Source: Theionarchaea archaeon
GTDB taxonomy: Archaea; Methanobacteriota_B; Thermococci; Methanofastidiosales; SZ-28-30
Direction: 5' to 3'
Length of the DNA: 34,985 nucleotides
Assembly (NCBI GenBank): GCA_018992685.1
Contig: JACVGT010000035.1
Coordinates: 1 to 34,985 of the forward strand
Shown: piece by piece, positions 1 to 10,005 of the stretch
Layout of the letters: every line of letters starts with the position of its first letter
Numbering within the stretch: position 1 is the stretch's first letter
Made by a program: the position numbers and the translations under genes
Notes under the pieces: generated by a model
The model's input: the letters and a program-made list of their open reading frames with translations, nothing else
Database searches by the model: none
Told to the model about the DNA's origin: nothing

Positions 1-78
1 TACTACAATCACGAAAGGTCTCACATGGGCATCAACGGTGCAACGCCTCACGCGAGATATGAGGAGCGGTTGCCATGA
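1..78 (+). CDS. 3' end of an integrase-core (rve) transposase, IS481/IS3 type (partial)
   Basis: Frame 1 reads YYNHERSHMGINGATPHARYEERLP*, matching the YN-x2-R-x-H-x5-TP C-terminal motif of DDE rve transposases. Not in the ORF track. Confidence 0.85.
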   Translation, partial: YYNHERSHMGINGATPHARYEERLP

Positions 79-88
79 GACTTATAAG

Positions 89-134
89 AAGTGTTACCTA
101 TGTGTGGTGTCAAAAGTGTCACCCATGTCTGGTG
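89..134 (+). repeat. Tandem imperfect 21-nt direct repeat (putative transposase binding sites)
   Basis: AAGTGTTACCTATGTGTGGTG (89-109) vs AAGTGTCACCCATGTCTGGTG (114-134): 18/21 identical, 25-nt period. Confidence 0.85.
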
Positions 135-281
135 ATATTACATTGCCCTTCAAGAGCTGACGTCCAGTAGAGAACACGAGCTCAAACGGTAGCTTTCATT
201 CACAGGTATGGGGGACATACGCGGGAAAGATATGAAGAATAGCTACCGCAAATATTTATATATGAGGTAAAATGTTCATTC

Positions 282-1793
282 ATGTCGATCTTTGTGACTG
301 CGCAAAGCGCATTAGAGAAAAGCCTCCAGACCCTGTTTTCAATCTTTGAAAAATATTTTTATGAAAAACCTCTCAATCTTGTCATGCTCTCGATATGTAT
401 ACTTCTTTCCATCAATATATACTTTTCTGTATGTCAATTCCTAGGAGATGGATTCATTGAGACAGATATGTGGTTTTTTGCGTATAGGATAGAAGAAATT
501 GCTGAAAAGGGAGCAGGAAGTCTCTTCGTCACTCCTTATGGGTCCATAGATGTACACCCCCCGCTCTACTATGCAATTACCGTACCCTTGAAGAAGATTG
601 GTCTCCCTGTGCTGTGGATAGCCGCTCTCCTGCGAATCATCACTCCTCTGACTGTCATTTATTTCTTGTACAAGACAACAGATCTCCTCTTCGACAAGAC
701 ATCAGCTGCAGTCGCCTGTTTTCTAATGGCGTTGATGCCTTTGAGCGGATCGTACCACGGACTGTGGACGTCCACACCTTCAGCAGTGAGTCTCATACCT
801 TTTTCTGCGGGGTTGTTTGCAACAGTAAAGTTTTCAACCCTGCAGACGAAGAAATGGTTCTTTTCAGCAATAACCTTCCTTCTCCTGGCATCCTTGATTC
901 ACATGCTTACAGCGTTTGCTTCCTTTGTATTTCTGGGATGTGCGCTGTTCATTTTTAGAAAGAAGGTTCCAAGGCTCTTTACATTCTCTTTCATAATTGT
1001 CTTCATAATTCTTTCGGTGTACGGTTTGCGATACTTTTCCTCTATTGCAGACTCGGAATCTCTGTTGGATATTCTGCGGAAAGCTTTTGGTCCTCCATCA
1101 GCCCGGAAGATATCTGTCTTGAGACAGCTCTTCTTCATTGCATACTGGCCAAGGCACTTCACGCTCCTGGCTTCTGTGAGCTTCTGCATAGCAGTCTCCT
1201 ATTTCTGTAGCAAGAAAATTGTTCTGCGAGCCGTGGACAAGGTATTCTTTGCCTGGGCAATCATACTTGTCGTGTACAGCCAGCTTTTCCTGGTGGGAAT
1301 TTTCCTGTCTAACCAACGGTTCCTCCTGTACTTGCTGTTCCCAGTATGTATATATGGTGGTTACGGGTTCGTAAGGGGAGTCATGCCTGTATTGAAGAAG
1401 AATACCTTCTGGAAATTCTCGTATCTCATATCCATCCTTCTTTTCTCCATGTATCCGATTGGTGTGGCACTGGTCCACTTCCCTGCCGCCATACGATCTG
1501 ACGATGTACATTCCCTCGAAGAATTGAGCACAGTCCTTCCAGAGGGCACAGTATACGTGCAGAACTGGTTTCACAATGGACGTTACCTGTTTTCTTATAC
1601 TACCGGTCACAGGGATATGGCGTGGGATATCACACTGGCAACGGATCTGCATTCTGTGCTGGCATCAGCAGGAGTAGACTACATCGTAACAGCTTCGAGA
1701 GCGGAGGCGAATAGCTACATGAATGCACCAGGAGGCGACATCTCCCTCATGTGGACTGATAAGAGGTTCTATCTTCTGAAAGTCAGGACCTGA
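282..1793 (+). CDS. Multi-pass membrane GT-C-fold glycosyltransferase-like protein (PMT/GT39-like)
   Basis: 503 aa with many TM segments, a DVHPPLYY motif after an acidic first loop, and a short soluble C-terminal domain. TTTATATA box at 255-262; lies next to a flippase and GT4. Confidence 0.7.
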   Translation: MSIFVTAQSALEKSLQTLFSIFEKYFYEKPLNLVMLSICILLSINIYFSVCQFLGDGFIETDMWFFAYRIEEIAEKGAGSLFVTPYGSIDVHPPLYYAITVPLKKIGLPVLWIAALLRIITPLTVIYFLYKTTDLLFDKTSAAVACFLMALMPLSGSYHGLWTSTPSAVSLIPFSAGLFATVKFSTLQTKKWFFSAITFLLLASLIHMLTAFASFVFLGCALFIFRKKVPRLFTFSFIIVFIILSVYGLRYFSSIADSESLLDILRKAFGPPSARKISVLRQLFFIAYWPRHFTLLASVSFCIAVSYFCSKKIVLRAVDKVFFAWAIILVVYSQLFLVGIFLSNQRFLLYLLFPVCIYGGYGFVRGVMPVLKKNTFWKFSYLISILLFSMYPIGVALVHFPAAIRSDDVHSLEELSTVLPEGTVYVQNWFHNGRYLFSYTTGHRDMAWDITLATDLHSVLASAGVDYIVTASRAEANSYMNAPGGDISLMWTDKRFYLLKVRT

Positions 1794-1903
1794 TTCAGAA
1801 TCTGCAGAACCTTCCAAGAGGCAGTCTATCATGTGGCAAATGTTTAAGAAGAAAGGAATGAGGACTTCTAAAAGAAGAGCATGAATTCAGGAGAGGATCT
1901 ACC

Positions 1904-3439
1904 ATGAGCGAAGTGACAAAATCCCTGGGAAGCATAGCGAAAGGAACGCTGTTTTCTTCACTGGGCATTTTCCTGGCTCTTTTCTTGTCTTTCCTTCAGC
2001 GCTGGATCATAATACGGGTGACCACTCCAGAAGAGTACGGATTATACTCTTTGTCTCTTGCAGTCATTGCAGTCTTTCTTTCTATTGGTAGCCTGGGTCT
2101 TCTTGATGGCATTGCTCGTGTCATCTCAGCACATTCATCAGTAGATTCAGATGTCTCTAGGAAGAATATCTTTTCTTCATTGATCTTCCTTTCGTCAGTG
2201 TCGGGTGGTGTGTGTCTCCTCATCCTCGTATTTGGCTCTCCCTACCTCTCTTCTTTCTTCGGAAAAGATATCACTTGGATTGTACGTGTAGTATCTATAT
2301 CATTGCCTTTCACTCTTTTACTTGATTTTTTGGTATCTTTTTTTAGAGGAATTGAGAAAGCTGAAGTAAAAGCCTTGTTTAACGATTTTCTCAGGAATTT
2401 TCTCTTTCTTTCAATACTGGTAGCCATATTTCTAAGAAAAATGACCTTTCACTCAATTATAATCGGGTACGTCATCTCATTTGTGATATCTGCAATATTG
2501 ATCTTCTTGTATACGTTCTGGAAAGTGGGATCTCCCCGGGTGCAGAGAGTGCTTCCGATTACAGAAGAGATGATCCTTTTCTCTCTTCCTCTGCTGGGGG
2601 GCTCACTCTTCCAATCGATTACGGCGTGGGTTGACACCTTGCTCCTAGGTGTTTTCAGGTCATCAGGCGAGATAGCGCTTTATAATGCAGCACTTCCCAC
2701 ATCCAAGCTGATTCAGGCATTTCTGGGAGCCCTCCTCTTCATCTATATGCCTGTGGCCACTTCTCTCTTCTCACGGGGATTGCTCGCGGAAATGAAAAAG
2801 GTATATATCACCGTGTCCAAGTGGGTCTTGTTCTTGACAGTTCCCCTTTTTGTGGTTCTCTTCTCCAATGCTGAGGTGTTCTTTCAGTTTCTGTACGGAC
2901 ATAGATATCTGGAGGCAGTACTGTCCTTCAGGATAATTGCTGCAGGATATCTCCTCCATCTGGCCTTCGGACCAAATGGAGGTGCACTGATAGCTATGGG
3001 AAAGACAAGAGTCATGATGATGACTATAATAGTCACCTCCCTCACTAACCTAGCTGCAAACCTGTTCTTGATACCCCGGCTGGGCATGGAAGGTGCGGCC
3101 ATTTCAATGTTGTTAACACTCATCGTGGCATCTCTGGCCAGGGGGATTGCCCTTTATCGGTTGTCGGGTATTCACCCTCTGGAAAAGAACTATACGAAAC
3201 CCCTACTCCTCTCCTTTCCTGTTATCCTGGGTTGCCAAATGGTGCTAGAAAGGGTTGTAGCTCTTGAAGTGTGGACATTTCCCTTCCTCCTGGCAATGTA
3301 CACTTTTCTTTATGGCTTCTGCATGATCCTGACCAGGAGTGTGGATCAGGAAGATATCTGGATGCTCGTGACAATCGAGAAAAAGCTCGGAGTGGAATTC
3401 GTGTTTCTCAAGAAGATATTGAGGAAGTTCTTGAAATGA
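1904..3439 (+). CDS. Oligosaccharide flippase (Wzx/RfbX family)
   Basis: 511 aa polytopic protein with PEEYGLYSL, LGLxxGIAR, DTLLLG, YNAA and LIPRLGMEGAA motifs. Confidence 0.9.
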   Translation: MSEVTKSLGSIAKGTLFSSLGIFLALFLSFLQRWIIIRVTTPEEYGLYSLSLAVIAVFLSIGSLGLLDGIARVISAHSSVDSDVSRKNIFSSLIFLSSVSGGVCLLILVFGSPYLSSFFGKDITWIVRVVSISLPFTLLLDFLVSFFRGIEKAEVKALFNDFLRNFLFLSILVAIFLRKMTFHSIIIGYVISFVISAILIFLYTFWKVGSPRVQRVLPITEEMILFSLPLLGGSLFQSITAWVDTLLLGVFRSSGEIALYNAALPTSKLIQAFLGALLFIYMPVATSLFSRGLLAEMKKVYITVSKWVLFLTVPLFVVLFSNAEVFFQFLYGHRYLEAVLSFRIIAAGYLLHLAFGPNGGALIAMGKTRVMMMTIIVTSLTNLAANLFLIPRLGMEGAAISMLLTLIVASLARGIALYRLSGIHPLEKNYTKPLLLSFPVILGCQMVLERVVALEVWTFPFLLAMYTFLYGFCMILTRSVDQEDIWMLVTIEKKLGVEFVFLKKILRKFLK

Positions 3440-3508
3440 AAGCGCGACAATTCAGAATGACAAGACCGCAGGGGAAAGCCTTATCTTCTGTACGTTGAGG
3501 ATGATCAC

Positions 3509-4543
3509 ATGGCAAAGATTCTCATCCATACGAGCAAAAGAGGTCCGAGAATTGAAGAGCCGCTTACGTATGCAGGATACTCTGTAGTTGGGATTCCAGG
3601 ACGAATGATGAAGAAAAACAAGATACTGAAGCTGGTGAATCTCACAAAGACTGTTGCTAGAGAAGACCCGGATCTGATATTTGTAGATTCTGCAGGTCTT
3701 ATGCTGGTAACATCCTATGTCTTGAGCAGACTGTTTCGAATTCCCCTTCTCCTGCGAGTGAGGGCAGACATATGGTCCATATATGATGAACAGAGGGAAT
3801 ACCTTGGACTTCTGAAAAGGCTGTATGAGTACATCCTCCTGAGAATATGTGAGCGACTCTACAGGAGATCCGAGAGACTCTTCTGTGTTTCCGAATATCT
3901 GAAGAGAGTTCTCGAAGAGAAGAAGATAGAAAAGGAAAGAATCAGAGTTTTGCGGTTTTCAGTAGACACGGAGAGGTTTCATCCTGTAGAAAAGGACTTC
4001 AAAAGAGTTACTTTCCTTTCTGTGACGAATTTTTCATACAAGAGGAAAATGGAAGGGCTGATTGAAATCCTGCCTGTTGTGGATGAGATAATGTCACAGT
4101 ATAAGGACACACAATACCTGATAGCGGGAAAAGGAAAATTCCTGCCGTTTCTTAAAGAAAAAATAGAAACCATGGTGAACAAGGACAGAATCTTCTACGT
4201 CGGCTACCAGAAGGCTGTGGAAACTCTTTATGCCAGAGCTGACATACTCATTCACTACTCATTCCTGGATACATCCCCTGCTGTGGTCTTGGAGGCGATG
4301 GCCTGCAGCACACCAGTGATCGCCAACAGGTATGATGGCATGATAGAACAGGTGCAAGATGGGGGTTCAGGGTTCTTGGCAGACGATGCATCTTCCTTCA
4401 GGGATAGACTTGAAACACTGACCAAAGAAAAGAAGATGAGAGAGGAAATGGGAAAAAGAGGAAGAGCATTTGTACTGAAAAACCACAATATTTCATATAT
4501 TTCGGCCTGTTTTAAGAGAGAGATAGATGAAGTCCTCTTGTAG
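3509..4543 (+). CDS. Glycosyltransferase family 4
   Basis: GT-B motifs VSEYLK, VDTERF and DTSPAVVLEAMACSTPVI. Confidence 0.9.
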   Translation: MAKILIHTSKRGPRIEEPLTYAGYSVVGIPGRMMKKNKILKLVNLTKTVAREDPDLIFVDSAGLMLVTSYVLSRLFRIPLLLRVRADIWSIYDEQREYLGLLKRLYEYILLRICERLYRRSERLFCVSEYLKRVLEEKKIEKERIRVLRFSVDTERFHPVEKDFKRVTFLSVTNFSYKRKMEGLIEILPVVDEIMSQYKDTQYLIAGKGKFLPFLKEKIETMVNKDRIFYVGYQKAVETLYARADILIHYSFLDTSPAVVLEAMACSTPVIANRYDGMIEQVQDGGSGFLADDASSFRDRLETLTKEKKMREEMGKRGRAFVLKNHNISYISACFKREIDEVLL

Positions 4544-4569
4544 GATAACTAACACATTCTATACTGGAT

Positions 4570-5271
4570 TCAATCTTTTTTCACCATTTCTGTCCATATC
4601 ATCCAGCCAACTCTATTTAGTACAGGGTTTTCGTGATATATCTTCCTGAATCTTGGTATTGGAAACACGAAGGGTTCCACTCTAATATCTGTGACATCGA
4701 ACCTTTCAAGAATGTTTCTGAATTCCCTTGTGGAATATCTTTTTCCAAAAGATGCAGGTCTATCTGAGAAGGTCCCTCTCTTTACATGCATCAGCATCCA
4801 ATAAATGGTATAGGGGGAAAAGATATGTGGAACAGTGATGATGATCTTTCCTCCAGGTCTTGTGACTCTCATATGTTCTGCCACAGCAACCTCCGTGCCT
4901 TCAAAATGCTCCACAACGCCAAAGGAGAATGTCAGGTCAAACGTATCATCCTTAAATGGAAGGGATCTTGCGTCTGCTATAACGGGAGAAAATCCTTCTT
5001 TTCCGAGTTTTAAGGCTGCATTCTCCATAATATCAATGCCAAAGGCCCTTATGCCCTGACTTTCTAGAAGTTTTATCCATCTCCCATCACCAAATCCTAT
5101 TTCGAGTGATATTTCTACACCCTCTAGCCTCTTCAGCATTCTTTCTCGATAAATTCTGTACCCAAAGTTGTCCTCATGTTCTGATTTCTCCCACTCCTTT
5201 CTTCTGCTTTCCCAGTATTCTTTTAGTTGTCTACTCTCTTTCTCTGGATATTCCAATCCTTTCTCCTTCAT
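4570..5271 (-). CDS. Class I SAM-dependent methyltransferase
   Basis: LEIGFGDG motif I, DARSLPFKDDTFD, GVVEHF, RVTRPGG; RBS GAGGTGA-N4-ATG. Confidence 0.9.
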   Translation of the reverse strand: MKEKGLEYPEKESRQLKEYWESRRKEWEKSEHEDNFGYRIYRERMLKRLEGVEISLEIGFGDGRWIKLLESQGIRAFGIDIMENAALKLGKEGFSPVIADARSLPFKDDTFDLTFSFGVVEHFEGTEVAVAEHMRVTRPGGKIIITVPHIFSPYTIYWMLMHVKRGTFSDRPASFGKRYSTREFRNILERFDVTDIRVEPFVFPIPRFRKIYHENPVLNRVGWMIWTEMVKKD

Positions 5272-5328
5272 CGTATCACCTCTTGGTCAGTATTGGGTAT
5301 TTCGGAGCTTCTCTCCCCGGAGGTGGTA

Positions 5329-5772
5329 TTACTTTCTATTCTCAATCTTCTTGAGAAACTCTTCGAGGGTGCACAACCTCCGTGCAGGAACGCCTACAGC
5401 AACAGTCCCTGGAGGCACGTCATTGGAGACTACTGATCCCGCTCCTACAATACAGTTATCTCCTATCGTAACACCAGGGAGAATGATACTCCCATATCCG
5501 ATGAAACAGTTCATTCCGATTTTTACCGGGCCAGTTACAACCTTTCCGGTGAAGATTCGTGCGCTTGCGTCATGAGTTAATATTGTTGCAAAGGATATTG
5601 TGGTATTATCTCCTATCTCCACCATATCTCTTCTTCGTCCTTCAGGTCCCAGGTCAATAAGGGAACGGTAGATATGTACATTTTTTCCGCATTGCAGCCC
5701 TCTCAACGTATGGAACGTCACCTCACTGAGAATACCCAGGTTCCTCAGGATGTGGAGTATCCTATCTCTCAT
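5329..5772 (-). CDS. Hexapeptide-repeat (LbH) acyltransferase
   Basis: ILTHD, PVKIGMNCFIG, ILPGVTIGDNCIVGAGSVV, GVPAR. ATG at 5772 preferred because it lies ~23 nt after the CTTAAAT box. Confidence 0.9.
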   Translation of the reverse strand: MRDRILHILRNLGILSEVTFHTLRGLQCGKNVHIYRSLIDLGPEGRRRDMVEIGDNTTISFATILTHDASARIFTGKVVTGPVKIGMNCFIGYGSIILPGVTIGDNCIVGAGSVVSNDVPPGTVAVGVPARRLCTLEEFLKKIENRK

Positions 5773-6184
5773 GGAGGGCAATCAGGGATAGAGAATTTAA
5801 GCGTATCGGTAACGCAGGAAGCGCATCCAGGCAGAAAATACTCCAGGTCTCCTGTTGCTGCAGCAAATGTCATGCTTTATGTTGTACCTTTCTATCCTCT
5901 TCTCCAATTCCATCGGTGAGTCTCCGGAGAGGCTAGAATAGGTCGTGACACATGAGTAAGAAAGGAGTCATCAACTACCCAGAGCGAAGAGATTGCATCC
6001 CATCCCCTGGGTTCTGTACTACGGAGCTTCCGAAAGCAAACAGGGTTCGCCATGAAATCAGCTGTTCTGGAGTGGTAACCCAAAGACGTCCTGCATCTCC
6101 CTTTCACTGTGACTGAAGACACGGTAAGACTCACTTGGCAGCCGAGCAGCAAACTTATTTAAACAGTAATTGAAAGCAGAACCC

Positions 6185-7306
6185 ATGAAGACATGCCACA
6201 TAGGATTCTCGTGGTATCCTGGTATTGGCAGTGTAGCCATGTATGAACATTCTCAAAACTTGGCGAAATTGGGAGTAGATGTCCAGGTCATAGCTGCAGG
6301 AAGAAAGAGGAAGGAGGAGGAAATGAATGGACTCCACGTTTTTTTGGTTGAATCCCCTTCAGTTACAAACTTGTCTTTGTATCCTCTTCTTTTCGTTCAG
6401 AAAGTGAGTCAGTTCTTGAGGAGAGTTCCAGACCACGAATTTGACATTGTCCATGTTTACCATTTTCCCGGAGCTTGTATTTTCCCTCTATTTTTTCGCA
6501 AAAAGGGAAGAAAATGGATTTTTTTTACTACCTCGGGTCCCGTAAAGGGAGGAATTATCTCAAGGCTTGGATGGGCCATACAAACACATGAATCAAGGTT
6601 ATTTGATCATCTCATCTTAAGGGATCCCAGCCATGTACCCCAGTTCTCGTACCGAGACCCGCACGAAATTACCATTGTCCCCATTGGAGCTGATCTCGAT
6701 CTTTTCAGGCCAGGAGATTCCGCAGCGCGAAAGGAATTGGGAATTGATGAAGATACCTTTCTCTTTGCATATGCTGGGAATCTGAACCGTGTGCGGAAGA
6801 TAGAGACGCTGATAGACGCTCTCAGACTCTTGGGAACCAAGAAGGTAGCCCTGCTTCTGGTGGGCGATGGAGGTACTGAGAGAGTGAGACTGTATGCCAG
6901 GGCCACAGGAATGGAACAACAAGTCATCTTGACGGGAGGCGTCCCCTATGAAAAGGTCGCTGAGTACATGCGGTGTGGAGATGTATTCTTGAGCTATGTT
7001 CCTCTTACACCCGAATTCGACACTCAGCCCCCGCTGAAAACAGTGGAAGCATTGGCATGTGGACTTCCTGTGATTGCGTCAGACACCAGAGGAAACAGGC
7101 GATTTGTGACCCACAATGAAAATGGGTTTCTAGTTCAAGATGACGCACATTCAGTGTATAAAGCAATGGATCGTCTCATGAAAGATGAGAATTTGAGAGA
7201 TATGTTTGCTCATGCTGCTCGTCCTTCTGTTTCTAACTGCGGGTGGAGAGATATTGTTAAGAACAGCCTTCTTCCCGCATATGAAAGGATACTGACAGAG
7301 GGCTGA
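6185..7306 (+). CDS. Glycosyltransferase family 4
   Basis: GADLDLF, YAGNLxxxR and PLKTVEALACGLPVIASD motifs. ATG at 6185 follows a TTATTTAAA box. Confidence 0.9.
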   Translation: MKTCHIGFSWYPGIGSVAMYEHSQNLAKLGVDVQVIAAGRKRKEEEMNGLHVFLVESPSVTNLSLYPLLFVQKVSQFLRRVPDHEFDIVHVYHFPGACIFPLFFRKKGRKWIFFTTSGPVKGGIISRLGWAIQTHESRLFDHLILRDPSHVPQFSYRDPHEITIVPIGADLDLFRPGDSAARKELGIDEDTFLFAYAGNLNRVRKIETLIDALRLLGTKKVALLLVGDGGTERVRLYARATGMEQQVILTGGVPYEKVAEYMRCGDVFLSYVPLTPEFDTQPPLKTVEALACGLPVIASDTRGNRRFVTHNENGFLVQDDAHSVYKAMDRLMKDENLRDMFAHAARPSVSNCGWRDIVKNSLLPAYERILTEG

Positions 7307-7448
7307 AAAGAACAATTCTAAGGTTTTGCTTTTTCATCTCAACCCAGATATCATGGGGCTCGCTTTCCTTTGATTCTGTTCCGAATCTTGGCTCATGGGG
7401 GGGCATGTCAACTAACTAGATCGGGTGTTCTAGCATACTCCGGAGTCC

Positions 7449-8399
7449 TCATACACTGCCTTTGCCGGCGCTGGACTTCTCAAACATCTCCTGTACTGCC
7501 CTCTCAATAGTGTACTGAGGGGCAAATCCAAGGACTCTTTGTGCCTTTGAGATGTTTATTGAGAAATCCTCTACCAAAGTCTCCTTCCGTGGGTTGTCCC
7601 TCATCTCTATTTCAGGATGAAAGCCATATTCTTCAGCAATAGTCTGTACCTTCCTGGCAAGTTCTGCAATGGATAATGCTTCAGCAGTAGCTATACAGAA
7701 CGGCTCTGCACCCGGTTTCGCCTTCAATATGTGAGAAACAGCAAGTCTGTAGGATGTTGCTGCATCCGTGACATGCAGGAAGTTCCTGGCCTGACTTCCC
7801 GGTTTGTATAAGAAGATTTTTTCCCCCTCTCTTACAGTGTCAACAAATCTGTTTACAACCGTCGGCTTGGACACCGCATTTCCATTGATTACATGAACGC
7901 CATACACATTTGACTTCATAATAAGATAACAGGGAAACCGATCATGAGATGCCTCCGTGACAATCCTTTCCCCATGGTACTTTGTCTGACCATACCAATG
8001 TATAGGGTTTCGAGGATGGGTTTCATCAATGGGAAAGTACTGAGGGTTGCCTATGGTGCCAAATGACGTGGCAAAGATCAGTGGGATAGACTGTTCCTTG
8101 CAGATGGCTGCCACAACTCTGGTTCCGTTAACATTAACATCATACGATAACTCCTTCAGGATGTTACACGGCTCAACTCCGGGGATTGCAGCCAGGTGGA
8201 CAACGCAATCCACGTCCAGAATCTTCTCCAACGCTTTTTTGTCCCGGATATCTGCCTTGACTACTTCTTTCCCAACGATTTCACGGATTGTCCCCTTGAA
8301 GAAATTATCCACAGGCACAATATCATATGCTCCCATGAGCTCATGGCATACTCGTGATCCAATGTATCCCGCAGCACCTGTAATTCCTATCGATTTCAT
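7449..8399 (-). CDS. NAD-dependent nucleotide-sugar epimerase/dehydratase (extended SDR)
   Basis: ITGAAGYIG, HLAA, NVNGT, YGQTK (YxxxK), NVYG, RNFLHVTD. Confidence 0.92.
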   Translation of the reverse strand: MKSIGITGAAGYIGSRVCHELMGAYDIVPVDNFFKGTIREIVGKEVVKADIRDKKALEKILDVDCVVHLAAIPGVEPCNILKELSYDVNVNGTRVVAAICKEQSIPLIFATSFGTIGNPQYFPIDETHPRNPIHWYGQTKYHGERIVTEASHDRFPCYLIMKSNVYGVHVINGNAVSKPTVVNRFVDTVREGEKIFLYKPGSQARNFLHVTDAATSYRLAVSHILKAKPGAEPFCIATAEALSIAELARKVQTIAEEYGFHPEIEMRDNPRKETLVEDFSINISKAQRVLGFAPQYTIERAVQEMFEKSSAGKGSV

Positions 8400-8756
8400 G
8401 GGTTGGTTTCTCCGAGAAGTATTAAAAGTTACCCCTACTGTGGCAAAGATAGAACAATAAAGACAGGGTCACATGCCCAGTCTCACAACTTCCACATGGC
8501 GTCATCCTATGATTACACTGCTTCTTCTCTCACCTGCAGCATGGAGGTTTCCAGCCTGTAACACTCAGGTCTTTCTTGTTGCCGCATCCTGAATTACCCC
8601 CCGTGAATCGAGTAAGTATCGGGTGCTGGAACCTCTGTGGAAAACAAAGGGTTTCATCTACCGCAGTAGTTCAGAACTGGAGAATCACGAGGAATCATGA
8701 GCATCCTTCTGGCTCAGGAGATCATCAGATATTCTAGACTTTGGCTGCGCAGATAG

Positions 8757-8766
8757 CTTTTTATAG
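8757..8766 (+). promoter_or_regulatory. Putative TATA box for the Roadblock-V4R operon
   Basis: GCTTTTTATAG ~85 nt upstream of ATG 8850. Confidence 0.5.
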
Positions 8767-8849
8767 ATGATAATCCTACCTGGACCCGAGGATTGAGAAG
8801 AAATTCTCACCAGAGGAGAAGAATGTCTCTCAGAAGGAAGGTGGAAAGA

Positions 8850-9227
8850 ATGGTCGAAAGATCTAAAGCCGAAGAACTGAAAATCCTTTTAGAAGCCCTG
8901 GAAGCTACCACACCTGATATTGAGGCATCTGCTGTGGTATCTGTGGATGGGTTGATGATTGCTTCAGCTTTACCTCGCGATGTAGAGGAAGATAGGGTGG
9001 CTGCCATGTCAGCTGCCATGCTGTCCCTAGGTGAGAGGACAGCGAAGGAGCTGGCAAGAGGAAGTTTGTCTGAAATCTATGTAAAAGGAGAGAACGGATA
9101 CGTTGTTCTGATGGCATCAGGGGAGAACGCAGTTCTCACAGCCCTGGCTCGTAAAGATGCGAAATTGGGACTGGTGTTTCTCGACATGAAAAGGACAGCT
9201 GAAGATGTTACACGACTTGTGGGGTGA
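8850..9227 (+). CDS. Roadblock/LC7 (MglB-like) domain protein
   Basis: DIEASAVVSVDGLMIAS, DRVAAMSAAMLSLGER and AKLGLVFLDM motifs. ATG 8850 follows GGAAGGTG. Confidence 0.92.
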   Translation: MVERSKAEELKILLEALEATTPDIEASAVVSVDGLMIASALPRDVEEDRVAAMSAAMLSLGERTAKELARGSLSEIYVKGENGYVVLMASGENAVLTALARKDAKLGLVFLDMKRTAEDVTRLVG

Positions 9228-9231
9228 TATT

Positions 9232-9867
9232 GTGCCGGAAGAAATAATGGCAGACAACCTCATTATGAGAGTTTTTCTAGAAACAATTGATAACATCATT
9301 GGGCCAAATGGACTCAAATCGATACTGAACTATGCTCATCTGGAGAAGTACATCGGTCAGCTACCTCCAGACAATGATGAGAAAGAGATTCCCATTCAAG
9401 ACCTTCGGAAACTATATCTCTCGCTTCATGAAATGTTCGGGAACAAAGGTGCCCGCAGTCTTCAGCTCCGGGTGGGGAGAGAGAACGTGTACCGGGGTCT
9501 TGAGAAGCGTCCAGGAATAGCCCGAGCCATGCAGGTCGCCTCTCATCTCGTCCCCGAGACAACAAAAATGCGTCTTGGTCTAGAGAGACTGGTAAAGTAC
9601 ATGAAGGAGTCATCTAATAGATCCAGTGAAAACCTCGTTGAGATTCACGAGGAAGAAGATTGGTTCGTGCTCATCCAGAGAGAGAGTATAGAAAGTATGG
9701 GAATCACATCACGGACACCCACCTGCGGTGTTACCCTTGGCATCATTGAAGCTCTCATAGAATGGATGACTGGACATCCCCATGACGTGCAGGAAATCGA
9801 GTGCAGGGCAATGGGGGATCAGGCTGACATTTTCAGGGTTTCAAAAAAGCCAAAAAAGAAGGACTGA
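9232..9867 (+). CDS. V4R (4-vinyl reductase) domain protein
   Basis: IGPNGLKSILNYAHL..PPDN N-terminus and C-terminal TPTCG...EIECRAMG. GTG start at GGGGTGA-N4, overlapping the Roadblock stop. Confidence 0.85.
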   Translation: MPEEIMADNLIMRVFLETIDNIIGPNGLKSILNYAHLEKYIGQLPPDNDEKEIPIQDLRKLYLSLHEMFGNKGARSLQLRVGRENVYRGLEKRPGIARAMQVASHLVPETTKMRLGLERLVKYMKESSNRSSENLVEIHEEEDWFVLIQRESIESMGITSRTPTCGVTLGIIEALIEWMTGHPHDVQEIECRAMGDQADIFRVSKKPKKKD

Positions 9868-10005
9868 CTCAGCAGTAGGATGGTCCTCTCCATTAGAGGG
9901 AGTAGGAGCTCTCAAGCTATGTAGACCTGAAAATCATTCTTTTCATTGTAGTTCTATGCCGTGCTCATGAACTCTGTCCAGACATATCTCGACTGAGAGC
10001 TCGAC

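Larger units (their letters stand above)
1..142 (+). mobile_element. Right end of an IS481-family insertion sequence
   Basis: The transposase tail is followed by two 21-nt repeats and a terminus ...GGTGATATTACA (5'-TGTAATATCACCAGACATGGGTGACACTT on the minus strand). TGT...ACA ends with repeated binding sites are typical of IS481. Confidence 0.75.

Noticed and set aside
1098-1652. 184-aa minus-strand ORF and many similar short overlapping ORFs in the track
   Set aside because: Antisense or out-of-frame shadows of well-supported genes, with no recognisable motifs or RBS.
5952-6116. 54-aa ORF (MSKKGVINYPERRD...) in the divergent intergenic gap
   Set aside because: Weak RBS, no clear promoter or family motif; the resemblance to the methyltransferase N-terminus is too short to exceed chance.
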